NCBI RefSeq assembly: GCF_000143415.4 | Contig: NW_003314293.1 | Span: forward strand, 836,062 to 900,061 | Origin: Selaginella moellendorffii | Taxonomy: Eukaryota; Plantae; Lycopodiophyta | Length of the DNA: 64,000 bases | Reading direction: 5' to 3' | Shown: piece by piece, positions 13,190-25,707 of the stretch | Numbering within the stretch: the first letter of the stretch is position 1 | Layout of the letters: each line of letters begins with the position of its first letter | Made by a program: the position numbers and the translations under genes | The notes under the pieces: model-generated | What the model was told of the DNA's origin: nothing | The model's input: the letters and a program-made list of their open reading frames with translations, nothing else | The model's database searches: none

Positions 13190-13775
13190 ATGGCCGACCA
13201 AGTTGAACGCTGGAATCCTATTGTCGATGGTGGTGCCGACAATGGTGCCGACAAAGCTACGGAGATTTAGACCATTCAAAATGTGGTTCATGAGTTGCAA
13301 GCCCTTAATTGAAATCAGTAAGAGATGCAAGACGAAATGCATGGCATGATGGATACCATGCATGGGTGTGTTGAGGCAATTGAGGCTGGAAGGGGTAGCG
13401 CTCCAAGTAAGCCTTCTTTGGTAGATCGACTCAAAATTCTAACCTTTTCCGGTGATGGTGGTGTGGATGAGTGTCTCACTTGGCTAGCCAATGTAAAGAA
13501 GTTCTTAGCTGCTAGGGGAACTCCAGATGTAGAGGCTTTAATGGTTATTCCAAAGTCTCTCACCCTAACATGCCTTAATATATCCTTGAGCCTTCCTTTG
13601 ACCAACTTTGACCACGTGGTCAAAGTTGGTGCCTAACAATTTTTCCCCCCTAACAAAGTCCTTGTCCCAAGGACGAGTTGTATTGGTGATCACCCTTTCT
13701 GGGGAACCTTACTCAAGCTTTTGGTCCATCTTCCACAGTTGTATACATCAAGGAGGCATTGGGCCCGTCACTCTA
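13190..13775. pseudogene. Truncated gag followed by an inverted LTR/PPT/integrase-end fragment of family A
   Basis: LKI.TFSGDG..DECL.W gag motif to ~13550, then the reverse complement of the LTR 5' part, PPT and pol end. Confidence 0.8.
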
Positions 13776-15110
13776 TGTCGCAAATGTGACTTCGGGTATT
13801 GAAAGTTACCTGTTGACTAGTCCTTACAGACACTCTTACCTTATTGCCACGATGGCAGGAGGTCGGTATTGCTAGACCCGTTATCAGTCTCCGCCTAAGC
13901 TAGTCTTCGCATGTGCACTTGACTAGATGAGCATAAGGAAGGAATTCCTAAGTGTCTATTTAGTCAAGCATACTTAACCTAGTTAGAGAAACTCATTCGT
14001 TGACTTGCACTTGTTAGTGTTGGGAACCCCCGCGATATTGAGCTTGGTCCCTCAATATCACTAGATGATAACTTACTGTGTCTGCCAAACACCCTCGCTA
14101 TCATGCCTTTTGTGTTACTCTCATTTTGGTCCCAAATGTTATTTATGGAAAGTGTCTAGATTTGCTCATTTGGCATATCTACGGAATGCAGAGATTAGCC
14201 TGAACACAATGGTGTTTGTCCTGTGTCCAAATTCACAATCTAGCGCCATTCCATATTTAGTAAGTTTCGAGCTTGTCCCAGAGACTAACTCCTGATACTA
14301 AGGGAGGCTTGGGGTGAAAGCCCAAAACATNNNNNNNNNNNNNNNNNNNNNNNNNNNNNNNNNNNNNNNNNNNNNNNNNNNNNNNNNNNNNNNNNNNNNN
14401 NNNNNNNNNNNNNNNNNNNNNNNNNNNNNNTGTGGCACACGTTAGTGTGCCCTAGAATATGGGCTTACTCTAGAGTAAGTACCACTAGCCAGATTTGGCT
14501 AAGGACGTTCTAGACTATATAAAGACATTTTTCTACATTGTCATCAGGTCTTAGGCCTTTTTCGGGTTCCAAATGTATAGTAGGGATAGTGGGTACGTTG
14601 GGCATGGCCAACCAACCTGAGGCATAGTCTAGCTCCTACTTGCGTGCCTGTTCTTGTTCTACGTTTGGCTTGGGTCTAAGCCCAAGCTCCACACCATGCT
14701 AGTTGGTGGAGTACCCATATCCTCACGTTAGGCCACCGGTATACTGAAATAGCACCAGACTCCATTTGGCTTCGTTTTGCGTGCTGGTCCTGGCATTGGG
14801 ATACTGGTTACTCTAGGACTGTTCCAAGTCACTCCGGACTCCTATCCCTTCACTCCTTGGGTTGTATGCTCGGGAGTTGCTCCGTGGTTCGGTTCCGTCA
14901 CTCCTCGGCTCCATGCTTGGGAGTTTGGCACCGTTCCTTCGTTCAGTGGCCCAAGGCTCTAAAACTCGGGTTCCACACCACTATCCTTTAGACATGTGGC
15001 ATGTGACATGTGGCATTTGTCATGTGGCACAAAGAGGGTTTAGGTTCCGCTCCATGGTTATCCTATGGTAAACCACCATAGGATAAAGGGTAAAAACCAC
15101 GTGCGCTACA
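13776..15110 (+). mobile_element. Family B long LTR spanning an assembly gap
   Basis: TGTCGCAAATGTGAC...GTGCGCTACA followed by PBS TGGTATCAGAG. Homologous to 40470, 45955-46833, 47994 and 49578. Confidence 0.8.
14331..14430. other. Assembly gap (100 N)
   Basis: Run of n. Confidence 1.
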
Positions 15111-15350
15111 TTTGGTATCAGAGAATGAGTCTTAGCGAGTACTATCCAATGAGATTGGGCAACTAGTCATGTTGCATATGCAGAGATGAAAACGATGATC
15201 CGAGTGGGTACACGTTTTGGTGCAAAAGACTTCGCAATCATTCCTTAGGTATGGATTTGGTTACCTTTTTGTACCGTAATAATGTGAGCTTGCTCTTGGG
15301 CTCATATGATGGATTTGAGCTATACCGTTTGCACGAGTTTGAGCTTGGGC

Positions 15351-15421
15351 TCGTGAGTGAGGCACATTAGCAACTCGAGAGTGAGGCACATTAGCAACTC
15401 GTGAGTGAGGCACATTAGCAC
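15351..15421 (+). repeat. 24-bp tandem repeat, 3 copies
   Basis: tcgtgagtgaggcacattagcaac repeated head-to-tail without spacers. Confidence 0.85.
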
Positions 15422-16186
15422 ATTACACTTTGAGTTGGCAGGATTAATGATAGCCTATCGGTGGTTCCATGAGTTGTTCTTTGTACCATGGGTGAAAGCA
15501 AACCTCCCTGGGTTTGACACGGATCAAACAGTTGCAGTCCGTAGCTGTTTAGCATGGCACTAGTGGATCCTTCCTAGGTATGATTACAAGTGGATCAATC
15601 AAGACTATAGGGATTAGTCTATTGGTTCAAGTAGTTATTGTTGTGCTCTCTCATAAACTTTTCTTGGATTGAACTGAAGGTAGTGCGAAAGCAAGCTTGA
15701 GGCTTAGTCAAAGATGAGACCAAAAAAAGAGTCATTGGGGACGAAGGATCAAACACGTAAATCATTTTCTCTTCTCGGAGAGATGATTCGCAACGAAGTG
15801 CTAACTTATTGCTCGTGCTCACATCATGCAATCAAGAGTCCCTATCTTGATGCATGTTGGAGATGGTGGTCTTACGAGTGGTGAGTTACGGGATGGATAA
15901 TGGTGAAGCGCTATACTATTTTGTCTAGGCTTGCTATTGGAAGACTTGGGTTGCAATACTCAATTCTTTTTTGGAGAACCTTGTTATTGCTCCTTGAGTA
16001 ACTTGGTGTTGGATTAGTGTTGAGTTTAGTCGGAAAGAGAGTGGCATGAGCTTATCCGTGTTGTGAACAAAAGTTAGTGGTGTTAGGTGTTGTAAATCTC
16101 TATTGATGGGGTGTGGCATTTATGTTGCATTTTGTCGAATCAAGTTGGCACTTGATATTCACATAAACCTTTGCAGTAGTGACATG

Positions 16187-17095
16187 GGTGAAGTCTGTCT
16201 ATCCATCAAGAATTATACACATTTTGTACATTTAAGATTTTGAGATTCTATGTATATATAAGATCCAAACAGGTGTGTTCCTCTTGTTAACTTACAGCCT
16301 AGCTCAAACTCATCATAACTGTTTGTGTGGCATTCATCCTCCTTTCTCATCTCATTGAGTGTGTTGGTTGTCATTTGTCAAGGCTTCTACAGCTATTGAT
16401 TGGTGCATATTACATCAAGGTGAGATTGAACAGAATTTGAGGTTCTCTATATAAATCCATAAATTGTTTCAATTGTTATATTCACTTTTCTTTTTAATGA
16501 GCTTGTCTATTTCAAAGCAAGTAGCTATTGCTTTGAAATACTTGGCATCTGGAGCTTGTCTATTTCAAAGCAAGTAGTTATTACTTTGAAATACCTTGCA
16601 TTTGGAGACATGTTGAAAACAATTGGTAATGCATTTAAAATAGCTTCATGCATTAGTCAAGCTTGTTTATGCCATTTGAGGATGGTCTAAAGTTGAGTTG
16701 AGCTCACGAGTTAAGCTCAACTCAGCACAAGTCAACTCAAGTCAACACAGTTAACTAGAAGTTTTACAAAGTAAATCTAAATTGAAGAAATGAAGGTTCT
16801 AGCGAACATTTAAATATTGAAATATATAAATATCTGAGTTAAAAGTTTCTATTAGATTGAGTCATTTGAAAAAGATAAAGTTCACAAGAATATTATTTTA
16901 CTATGACTATTGTTACAGCTGTCATATTTTGATTTGACTACTTTTACAATTATACATATTATTCCTTCATTTAAAAGATTTTTTTAGGGTTCTTGAGAAA
17001 AGGAAAATAAAAGATCTGTGATTAAGAGTTGTAGTGCAAAGGAATGTGAGAATGTTAATTTTGTTTCACTATCACAATCTCTATATAATACTCTT
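16187..17095 (+). repeat. ~0.9 kb dispersed repeat containing a PIF/Harbinger-like transposase fragment (inverted copy at ~50933-51850)
   Basis: ~16500-16680 reads QVAIALKYLASG / TLKYLAFGDMLKTIGNAFKIA, a Harbinger-type helix motif with an internal tandem duplication. The reverse complement is present at 50933-51850. Confidence 0.65.
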
Positions 17096-17411
17096 TGTAT
17101 AAACTAAAAACCCAAGCTCAAGGGACTCCGACCTTAAACTCAGAGCTGCATCAGAGATATCAATTAGATCATGCACAGCATATACCATTCATTAGCATAT
17201 GTTGGCAGTTAGAACCGCCAGCCTTTCAAGGGGGGGATTTGAGTTGTGGATCCCTATCTCCATTCCATCATTTTTTTTATCAATACACAGCATTATTTCA
17301 CTCATCCTTCTTCTTAGCCCTTAGAGATTAGGCCCTTTTTTCTTTTGTTTTCTTACTAACAATAGATTTCCAGTGAAGAGGAGTATCCACACCTCTTCAT
17401 TTGGCGACTAC

Positions 17412-19957
17412 TGTTATGATCTGGCGCAAAAAGACAAAGATCTAGTTGCCCTAGACTATGCTACGCCACCTCTTGAGGTTCCTCACCACCCAACCACCCC
17501 CGAGCTACCTCAAAAGCTCCACTGTGCCGCCGCTCCACTGTGAGCCCTAGGGTAGGTTAAGTCCCTTACCCTAACATGCCTTAATATACCCTTGAGCCTT
17601 CCTTTGACTGATGTTGACCACGTAGTCAAAGCTGGTGCCTAACAATTCTTCCCCCCTACCAAAGTCCTCGTCCCAAGGACGAGTTGTACCGGTGATCACC
17701 CTTTCTGGGGAATCCTGCTCAAGCTCCTGGTCCATCTTCCACAGCTGTATACATCAAGGAGGCATTGGGCCCGTCACTCCAAGATAGTACACCTTTCAAC
17801 TGGCTGACATAAAATACCGGATGAATTTTCACCCCAGGTGGCAGCCGCACCCGATAAGCCGCTTTACCAATGCGCTCCAGCACTTCATATGGACCAGCAT
17901 ATCGATGGGAAAGTTTATCACTCTTCCCTGTCCGTAAAGGCACCAAGGTGTTCCGCTGCTCACTTGACGGAAAGATCACTCGCACAAACACGAGATCACC
18001 CACTTTATATTCCCGGAATTGGCGATGCTCATTAGCAAACTTCTCCGCTCTATCCTGAGCTGCTTGCAAATTCCGTTTGCACACCACCAGAATCTCATCA
18101 AGTTCTGTGGCTAGATCAGTTGCCTCGGAATCAAGCTTATCTTGAACATCCTTACTCAAATGCAATCCCAACTCCACCGCTATTCGAGGATGCCTTCCAA
18201 ACATGGCAAAGTAAGGACTTAGCTTGGTTCCATTGTGTTGGCTATTGTTGTAAGCAAATTGCACCAACGGAAGATATAAATCCCACTGTCCTTGCCTTTG
18301 ACCAATGCTACAACGTAGCATATCCTCCACCACCTGATTCACACGCTCAGTTTGCCCATCCGTCTGAGGATGATCTCCACTCGAGAGTTTCAAAGTCACT
18401 TGCATAGCCTTTGCAAAGCTTTTCCAAAATCCACTGGTGAACTTTGAATCTCGATCACTAATGATTTCCTCCGGCAAACCAAAATCAGGAAAAACCTTCT
18501 CCAAGTAAACCGCAGCCAAGTTTGAGGCAGTGACAGTCTTCCGAAGAGCCAACAACCGCACATACTTCGTCAACCAATCCACTATGACCCATACTTGCTC
18601 CTTTTGCCTATGTGTTTGTGGCAAACAAGTGATGAAGTCCATAGAGATACTACACCAACGGCTCTGAGGAATAGGTAAAGGTTGCAAAAGTCCCCCCGGC
18701 TTCTCCCGTGGCACCTTAACCCGCTGACAAAGCTCGCATGATTTACAATACTTGAGGATATCAGCCTTCATATTCCTTCAATAAAAGTTGCACTTAATCA
18801 ACTCATACGTCTTCTTCCCCCCAAAATGACCGGCCTCTGGACGATCATGATAGTGGAATAAAACTTGAGTAATTAATGCATCCACCTGTGGCAAATATAC
18901 ACGGCCATTGTAGTAGAGAATCCCATCCACCAATGAGAAAGGGGCTTCCATTTGGGCTCGCAAAGAGGCCACCTCAGCATCCTGAGCCTGAGCATGCTCA
19001 ACCAACTGCCCAAACTCGCTGACCACCTTACTCAAATGATGACAAAATCGTGTTCGTAACGTCATCACATGACGAACACGAGATAAAGCATCTACCACCA
19101 CATTTGATTTTCCCGGACAATGCTCAATAGGAAACTCCCCAAACTCCATGAGTTTGACCATCCAACGAGTTTGCCTAGTGTTCAACTCCTTCTGTGTGAA
19201 AAGATACACAAGTGGTTTGTGATCTGTCAACACCACGAATACTGCACCATAAAGATAGTGCCGCCACGTCTGCAAAGCATGAACAATAGAGAGTAACTCT
19301 TGCTCATATGTGGAATAACGTTGCTCCGCGGAATTCAAAGTTCGACTTTCATATGCAATAGGCTGTCCCTCTTGCATGAGAACTCCTCCCAGTGCATAAC
19401 CACTCGCATCGCATGTCACCTCGTAAGGTTTCGATGGATCAGCAATGCGAAGCACTGGAGCCTCGCTCAACAATCGTTTCAGCGCCACAAAACTCTCCTC
19501 TTGTGGCGTCTTCCACTCGAATGGCACATTCTTGCGTAGCATCCGCGTCAAAGGAATAGCCACCTCTGCAAACTTATGCTGGAAACGTCGGTAGTAACTA
19601 GCCATACCAAGAAAACTGCGCAACTTGGCCACTGTAGTTGGTGTAGGCTAGTTTTCCACCACAGCCACCTTCCTTGGATCCGTCTTGACACCCTTAGATG
19701 TCACAATATGGCCTAGATATTCCACCTCCGACTTTGCAAATTCACATCTGCTCTTCTTCGCATAAAGTTTGCTGTCTCGGAGTAACAAAAGAACCTTGCG
19801 CAAATGCACCCTATACTCCTCCATATTCTTGCTAAAAACAAGAATATCGTCCAAGAAAATCTCCACAAACTCATGAAGATAACGCCCAAATACCTCCGTC
19901 ATCAACCGAGTAAATGTGGCTGGTGCATTCGTCAAACCAAACGGCATAATTGTAAAC
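17412..19957 (-). mobile_element. Gypsy family A 3' half (LTR 17412-17644, PPT, integrase, RNase H, RT), cut at 19957 by the DNA transposon
   Basis: ORFs 17719-18771 (integrase), 18778-19632 (RNase H) and 19648-19959 (RT, FLDD). The RT sequence stops at tgtAAAC, immediately before the TIR. Confidence 0.95.
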
Positions 19958-20617
19958 ATGCTCTATTTCGTTAAAGTGGGATTTATTCAGTAAAATGGGA
20001 CTAGGTACAAATTTTCAAGTATTTGAAAATGACGTGAAATTATATGTTTTTTGTCCAGGGGCTAGACATATCTGGGGCATGGTGACTAGCGCGGTGACTT
20101 TGTGTCCAGACTGAGTCCATCTGGTTGTATAATAAATCTCATTGTCAAGGTGAACAAGCCAAATCTGAAGCTAAAGAAGAGCGATGGCATGCGCGCACAC
20201 ACTATTTGTTTGTTCATTGAGCGTGTGGTGAGCTTTCCAAGATGAACGTCATTCCTATTAGCCAGATATATAACTTAATGGTGAGAACATTTAGATATTA
20301 TTCAATGTTATCTTTTTCTAATGAATCTAATTGTGAAGGTGTAGCAAGAGGCATTGCTAGTCTGGAGAAGTCATTTAACTCATTTGACCCTTAGTGTATT
20401 TTCATGAAACTAAATAACATTCATATTATTAAGGAATTTCTCTAGTACCTTTTTTTTACGACATAGAGGCTTGCATTTCTTTCAAAGGTGATTTAGTAAA
20501 AGGCCTGAGGGCACATGCCATTCTATTTCTCAGACCGGTATTAAAATATACTAGTGCAAAGGGAAAAAGGTATTTGGTGATCAAGTAAATGGCATGAGGG
20601 CACACGCCATTATAAGC

Positions 20618-20890
20618 CTAAGCGCTAGTGGACACCTCCTTTTTGGTACTCTCAGCGGTACTATCATCCTTCTCCGGGTCAGTTGTTTTGCTTTGGATTG
20701 TTGTCTCTGACGTTACTGGGGCGTTCTCGATAGTTGTTAATGTTGCCGTTTGTTCAGAAAAATGATCACCTGGAGTATAGTACGGGGAGTTTGGAAGACT
20801 TATATATTCTACATCTTCACCTATCTCCTTCTCCGTCTCCTTTTCTGCCTCACTTACAGATTTTGTGCTTGCCATGAGAACGCTCTTCAC
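20618..20890 (-). CDS. Low-complexity acidic/Ser-Thr-rich ORF inside the transposon, possibly an exon
   Basis: 90-codon ORF with E/S/T-rich composition, flanked by palindrome-bearing intron-like AT-rich DNA. Confidence 0.3.
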   Translation of the reverse strand: MKSVLMASTKSVSEAEKETEKEIGEDVEYISLPNSPYYTPGDHFSEQTATLTTIENAPVTSETTIQSKTTDPEKDDSTAESTKKEVSTSA

Positions 20891-21588
20891 CCTAAAATAT
20901 GGAGTTCGTTGTGTTATAAAAGGAAATCAACACACACGCTGCAAGGGAATGATGGTACATAAAGCACGTAAGCCCACAATATGGGTTTATATGCCATTAA
21001 TATAGGCCACACGCCATATTATTAGATTTATGCACGTGTGATTGGTAAATGCATTTGTCACATCATCTTTGTTTTACCTCACACACTATATCAGGCCTAA
21101 TGAACCATATCACATGTGCGCACATGCTATATATATGGAGAAGTATTATGCAAGGATAGAAAAATTCAATGCATGATTGTGGAGAGCAATGGCATGAAGC
21201 CACATGCTAAATAACATTTTAGAGAAAGAATTAAAATAAAAACATGCAAACAGTACTGAGTGGACCAAGACTTAGAAGTGCACAATTGAATGAGGTATTT
21301 CTAATAAATATTTCACTCACCTCATATAGGAATGGCTACCACTCTCAAATGGCGTATCGCCTCATGCCATCACCTCGCAATTTGTTATAACAATCCGATG
21401 AATTCATATTCGGCTTGTTCACCTTGAACTTTAAGTAAGATTTGCTAGAACAACTAAGAATTTATACTTGTTATTTGTATCATCTCACCTAGGAATGGCG
21501 TAAGGCCACATGCCATCACACCTCCTCTGATTCAGATTCGGATTGTTCACCTTGAAATAAAATACATTAGAAACTTAGTAAAGGAATA

Positions 21589-24009
21589 TTAATGAATCTC
21601 ACCTTGAACCCGGGTTATGAATGCTCTTGCTGCATCTCTTGCATGGTCTGGCAAGGTGATGGTGGCACTCTGCTTCCGCATCCAACCATGCACAACATTA
21701 TCCACCGATATGCTCATGCTGGGATCCCTTGGATTCAGCACCCATCTCTTTTCTAGGCAATCCTTCGTATATCCGAAACTTGGCTTGAACCACTCCACAG
21801 TTACATTGAAGGAGTTAGTTTCCGCGTCCTCCTCTGCATCAGTGATGTAGCGCCCCACCCATATCATTTGTTTTTTATTACTGGGTCTGACAAGCATGAC
21901 CATTCCTTTGCAGACATGTACTGGATTGAATGTTGAATCCGGCTTCTTGTTCCTCGGCCCACAATAGTGATCCTCAACATCGTTATCTGTCACTGCATTT
22001 CCAGAGGACATTGTTCCGCTACTATCTGGTGCTCTGGGTTTTGGCCAAAAGGACTCTTCCAATTCTTCATATACAACCGGCCCATTTTGGATAGCAGATA
22101 TAATCTTCTCCCAGTATTCGATCAAAGGCTTGCACCTCTGAAAATAGGATTCTCCACCAAACACCAACCCCCTCTTCCAGAAGGCAATATGCTGTCTAAT
22201 CCCGGCCACTATACTTTCCTGGTCTTTGAGTCCATCCGGGTGCATTGGCCGTGGGGAACCCTGAGGAATCATAGGTTCCCTAGTTATGGGATCTCTCTTG
22301 AAGAGTTCAATGCCGTCCACTGGCAGCTACACTGTGTCCCATTCTCTCATCTTGTACCTCATCACTGGAGCACCGTCACGCATGCTGAAATGAAACTGAA
22401 GAGGCTTGGAGTGGCCAATCAGCGTTTCGGATCCGTCCCTGATGTAGCCTCTTACAAACCCCTTAAAGTTTGGAACCTCTGTCACAAGTGCAGCTTCAAC
22501 AGTGCCTTTGATGCAATTTTGGAATTCATCGTAGAGTTGTGGGAGGGTGAGGACATTGGATCGCCGAAGGGACTCTGCCAGGTGACTGAATATGGCATCG
22601 ACGTCTTCATGAGTGTGCCCAACCATGAGAAAGCCAAGTGTAACCGTTTCAAATATGCCTTTGGCAACAAGCATCGCCAAGTACGCGAAGACGTACATGT
22701 TTTTGTTCTCACTGCCAGCATTGTCTGTTTGGAGCAGAAGATGGGGTGGAAGGCCACATCGGCCGCAAAAACTTCCTTGAGATTCTGCTTCGTTTGGATG
22801 AGGCTGTGCATTCACCAGGCGACCAGCCTCGTCGGAATGGCATGAGGCCTCACGTGATAACCCTACAATCTGACGGCCAACATATTCACTGGGATGGCAT
22901 GGGGCCCCACGCGATACTGCAAGCCTTTGCTCCTCCTCCAGCTGAACCTTGTATGGGGTTCGATCGACAAGGGCCTTATGCAAGGGTTGGCCGTTTAGCT
23001 CAGTCTGCGCACTTTGCAGAGACCTTAAGTGTTTGGCTAGGGAAGCAATCATCATGTTTGCACCCCCGCCACCCCATAGAGGTACAAAGAAGTTCCCATA
23101 GTTCTGGGCACCATGCCCATGAGCGATTATGCCAAACAGAGACACAGGCAGCTGCATGGATGAAGAGATTGCCTTGGGGGCAGGATTGAGTCGAGGTAAG
23201 CACGTCTTTTTCTGGTCCATTTTGTCGTGGATGATGCAGAGGTAAGAGTCAGGTCTCTCCATGGAGAGAATCCTGTTATGATAATATGCAGTCCTGCAGC
23301 TTCTCTGCTCGATGTTGTGGTCGAGCCGCCTTCTAACCAACGTCTCTCGCTCTTGAGCGCTGCAAGAATTCTTCGACAAAGCCATTTTGATAGCAGTGCA
23401 CTCGTCACACTTTGAAAAGCTGGAGTACTTTTCTATACTCACATCCCTGAACCTGTTGCTCCACAATCTACTAAATCTAGATTGGCTCAGCTTCCTGTAG
23501 CCATTACTCTGGAGTTCCCGATTCACATCTTCCAATATGGCCCCCTTGGTATACATGGCAGGGAGAACTCATTGGGTGTCTCGAGTTTCATCTTCCAAAA
23601 GGCGGGTTTTATGTGATTGCTGCTCGCTACATGTCTCGACAAACCTCTTGAAGATTGCCTCTCCATATACAACATGACCCCTGGTTTTGTGAGTACCGTC
23701 GTTCCCATGGACTGCCTGTTGAACCCTTTGTTCCTCGAACTCAGTTTTGATTCTGTAGAATGTGGTTTGAGGGACTCCATAAATGATTCTCCATGCCTTC
23801 ATGCAGACCAAACCCCTCTGGAAGACCATGCTCGCAACACCGCAACTGCTCGTAGCGCCGCTTGCACAAACTGCCACTTGCATAAACTGCCGCTCGCAAT
23901 GGCGCTCGCAATGCCGCAACCGCTCGTAGACGCATAAACCAGAGCTCACAACACCGCTTACACAAGCAGCGCTCACTGCGCTCAGCAGAACCAAGAACAC
24001 GGCGCACAA
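21589..24009 (-). pseudogene. DUF7869/Sola1-like DDE transposase with a C-terminal SH3/Tudor-like extension
   Basis: ORFs 23569-24009, 22327-23556 and 21589-22320 are in one frame, separated by single stops (Q*VLP, V*LP). Motifs FSKCDEC, IIHDKMDQ, QTDNAGSENKN, GFLMVGHTHEDVDAIFS. The 5' end is uncertain. Confidence 0.85.
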
Positions 24010-24685
24010 AAATGATAGACCTAGGAATGATTCGAGAATTCAAAAATAACACACGCTTGAACGTCACATCAAATCCTCTGACAAACCAGATCTTATGATT
24101 CCTCTGACAAATTTCAAACTGAGTAGCTTCTAGACTTTGCTGTTGGAGGTTGAACTTTGTCACATCATGTCCTTGCCTCGATCCAGCTGTGCCATGTCAG
24201 TGATTCGAACTTTGCCATGCCATGTCAGCGATCCGCGCCAAGATTATTCGCCGTGTAAAGGAATAATTATGCTGTGTGTGTACGTCCATTTATGGCAATA
24301 TAAGGCCATACGCCATTCAAAGAATAATGCTAGTCGAGCATTTTTTGGTGCATTTTTGGGTTCAAAATTGCATGAGCCCACACGCTATAAAGTTTACCTG
24401 TACCAAAAATAGAAACAGCTTTATTTACTTGGGAATTTAAGTGGTTGAAGCATTTTTAAACTTACAAACACATGCCCTACTTACATTCCTTTGGTTGCTT
24501 AAAATTCAAAAATATTATAAACCTTTCTTTTTATTATCTATAATATTATCTATTTGCATCCCGTCATGTTTATAGCTAGCTTTCGTTTGTCCCCTTCGCT
24601 AGCCTGAGATACATCTGCTCGGCATCTGCCTCTTACAGCATTTGCCCAGAAAGGGCATCTTTCTTCACGCAGCATTTGCCACATA

Positions 24686-24704
24686 TTTAGGGTTTAGGGT
24701 TTAG
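24686..24704 (+). promoter_or_regulatory. Telo-box-like TTTAGGG tandem in the divergent promoter region
   Basis: TTTAGGGTTTAGGGTTTAG lies between the transposase and the cargo gene. Confidence 0.45.
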
Positions 24705-25707
24705 CAATTCAGTAGCTTGATAAACATGCAAATACAGAACTTGATGCAAAATCCTTTGATATGTCAGGACCAAAAACACATTTCAATAGAGAGGGTCCTT
24801 TCATTTCATAACTTCTTACGTAGATCTTGGTGAAACCAGAGTTAGTGAAGTTGGTTTCTTGTGATCCCGCATCTGATTGTGATGTCCCTTTGCAGTGTCG
24901 ATGGAAAGGTCAATGCACACCAAACTGTAGAATCTTGGAGCAAAATAACGGTCGGATCTATGGCAAATGCCCCTGAAACATTGTAAGGCTCGTGTGGTCT
25001 CATGTGGTGTCCGATCAAGATGCTTCTTTGCAGGGTCATCAAGAAGGACATTGTATACCATTCTTTATTTAGCTGAACATCTGGCATTTTTGGAAATACA
25101 AGATGCTTTGGAATATCCAATCATGCATGGTATAAATATAGCGAGGGTATTAAATGATATCCCAATCATGATCTTTCTTTTGGATTTCGCATGCATGCAG
25201 TCCGAGGAATGATGACGTTGCGGATTTCTTTTGGATTTCACGTGCATGCATGCGCGCGGCGATCCAGAAATTAATGGTGGCGCCCAAGTCCGAGGAATGA
25301 TGACGTGGCGGGATTACCAACCGTCGTGACATTTCGCGCGTGTGAGGTTAGGTTTTGCATCGTACTCGTGCTCGCATCACGCTCCCACTCACGATCACGC
25401 TCACATTCGCGCTCATCTACCTTCTTTACAGGTTTCTCGTGTGCATCGGCGTCCACTCGCGCTTGCATCACACTCGCGCTCGTGTGCATCGGCGTCCACT
25501 TCAAGACACACCCAGTTTGGAACTTCGCCGCCAACTCCGCCGCCCACTCCGCCACCCACATGCAGCCCACTTGGCGTCCCGGGAGATTTCAGCGCCACTC
25601 TCCAACTGTAAGTGGCAGAGTAGCCTTGCTGCTACGATCCGCTGCACACACAGTGCACATTCGCCAGCGAGTCCGGCCTCGATTGTCACGCCTCCATTCG
25701 GCTTCAA

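Noticed and set aside
14991-15030. catgtggca repeats in family B LTRs resembling the transposon palindrome
   Set aside because: Direct short repeats lacking the 8-6-8 inverted geometry.
15351-15421. Possible CRISPR-like array
   Set aside because: Head-to-tail repeats with no spacers, in a eukaryotic retroelement leader.
21967-22845. 292-aa plus-strand ORF
   Set aside because: Antisense shadow of the transposase with no recognisable motif.
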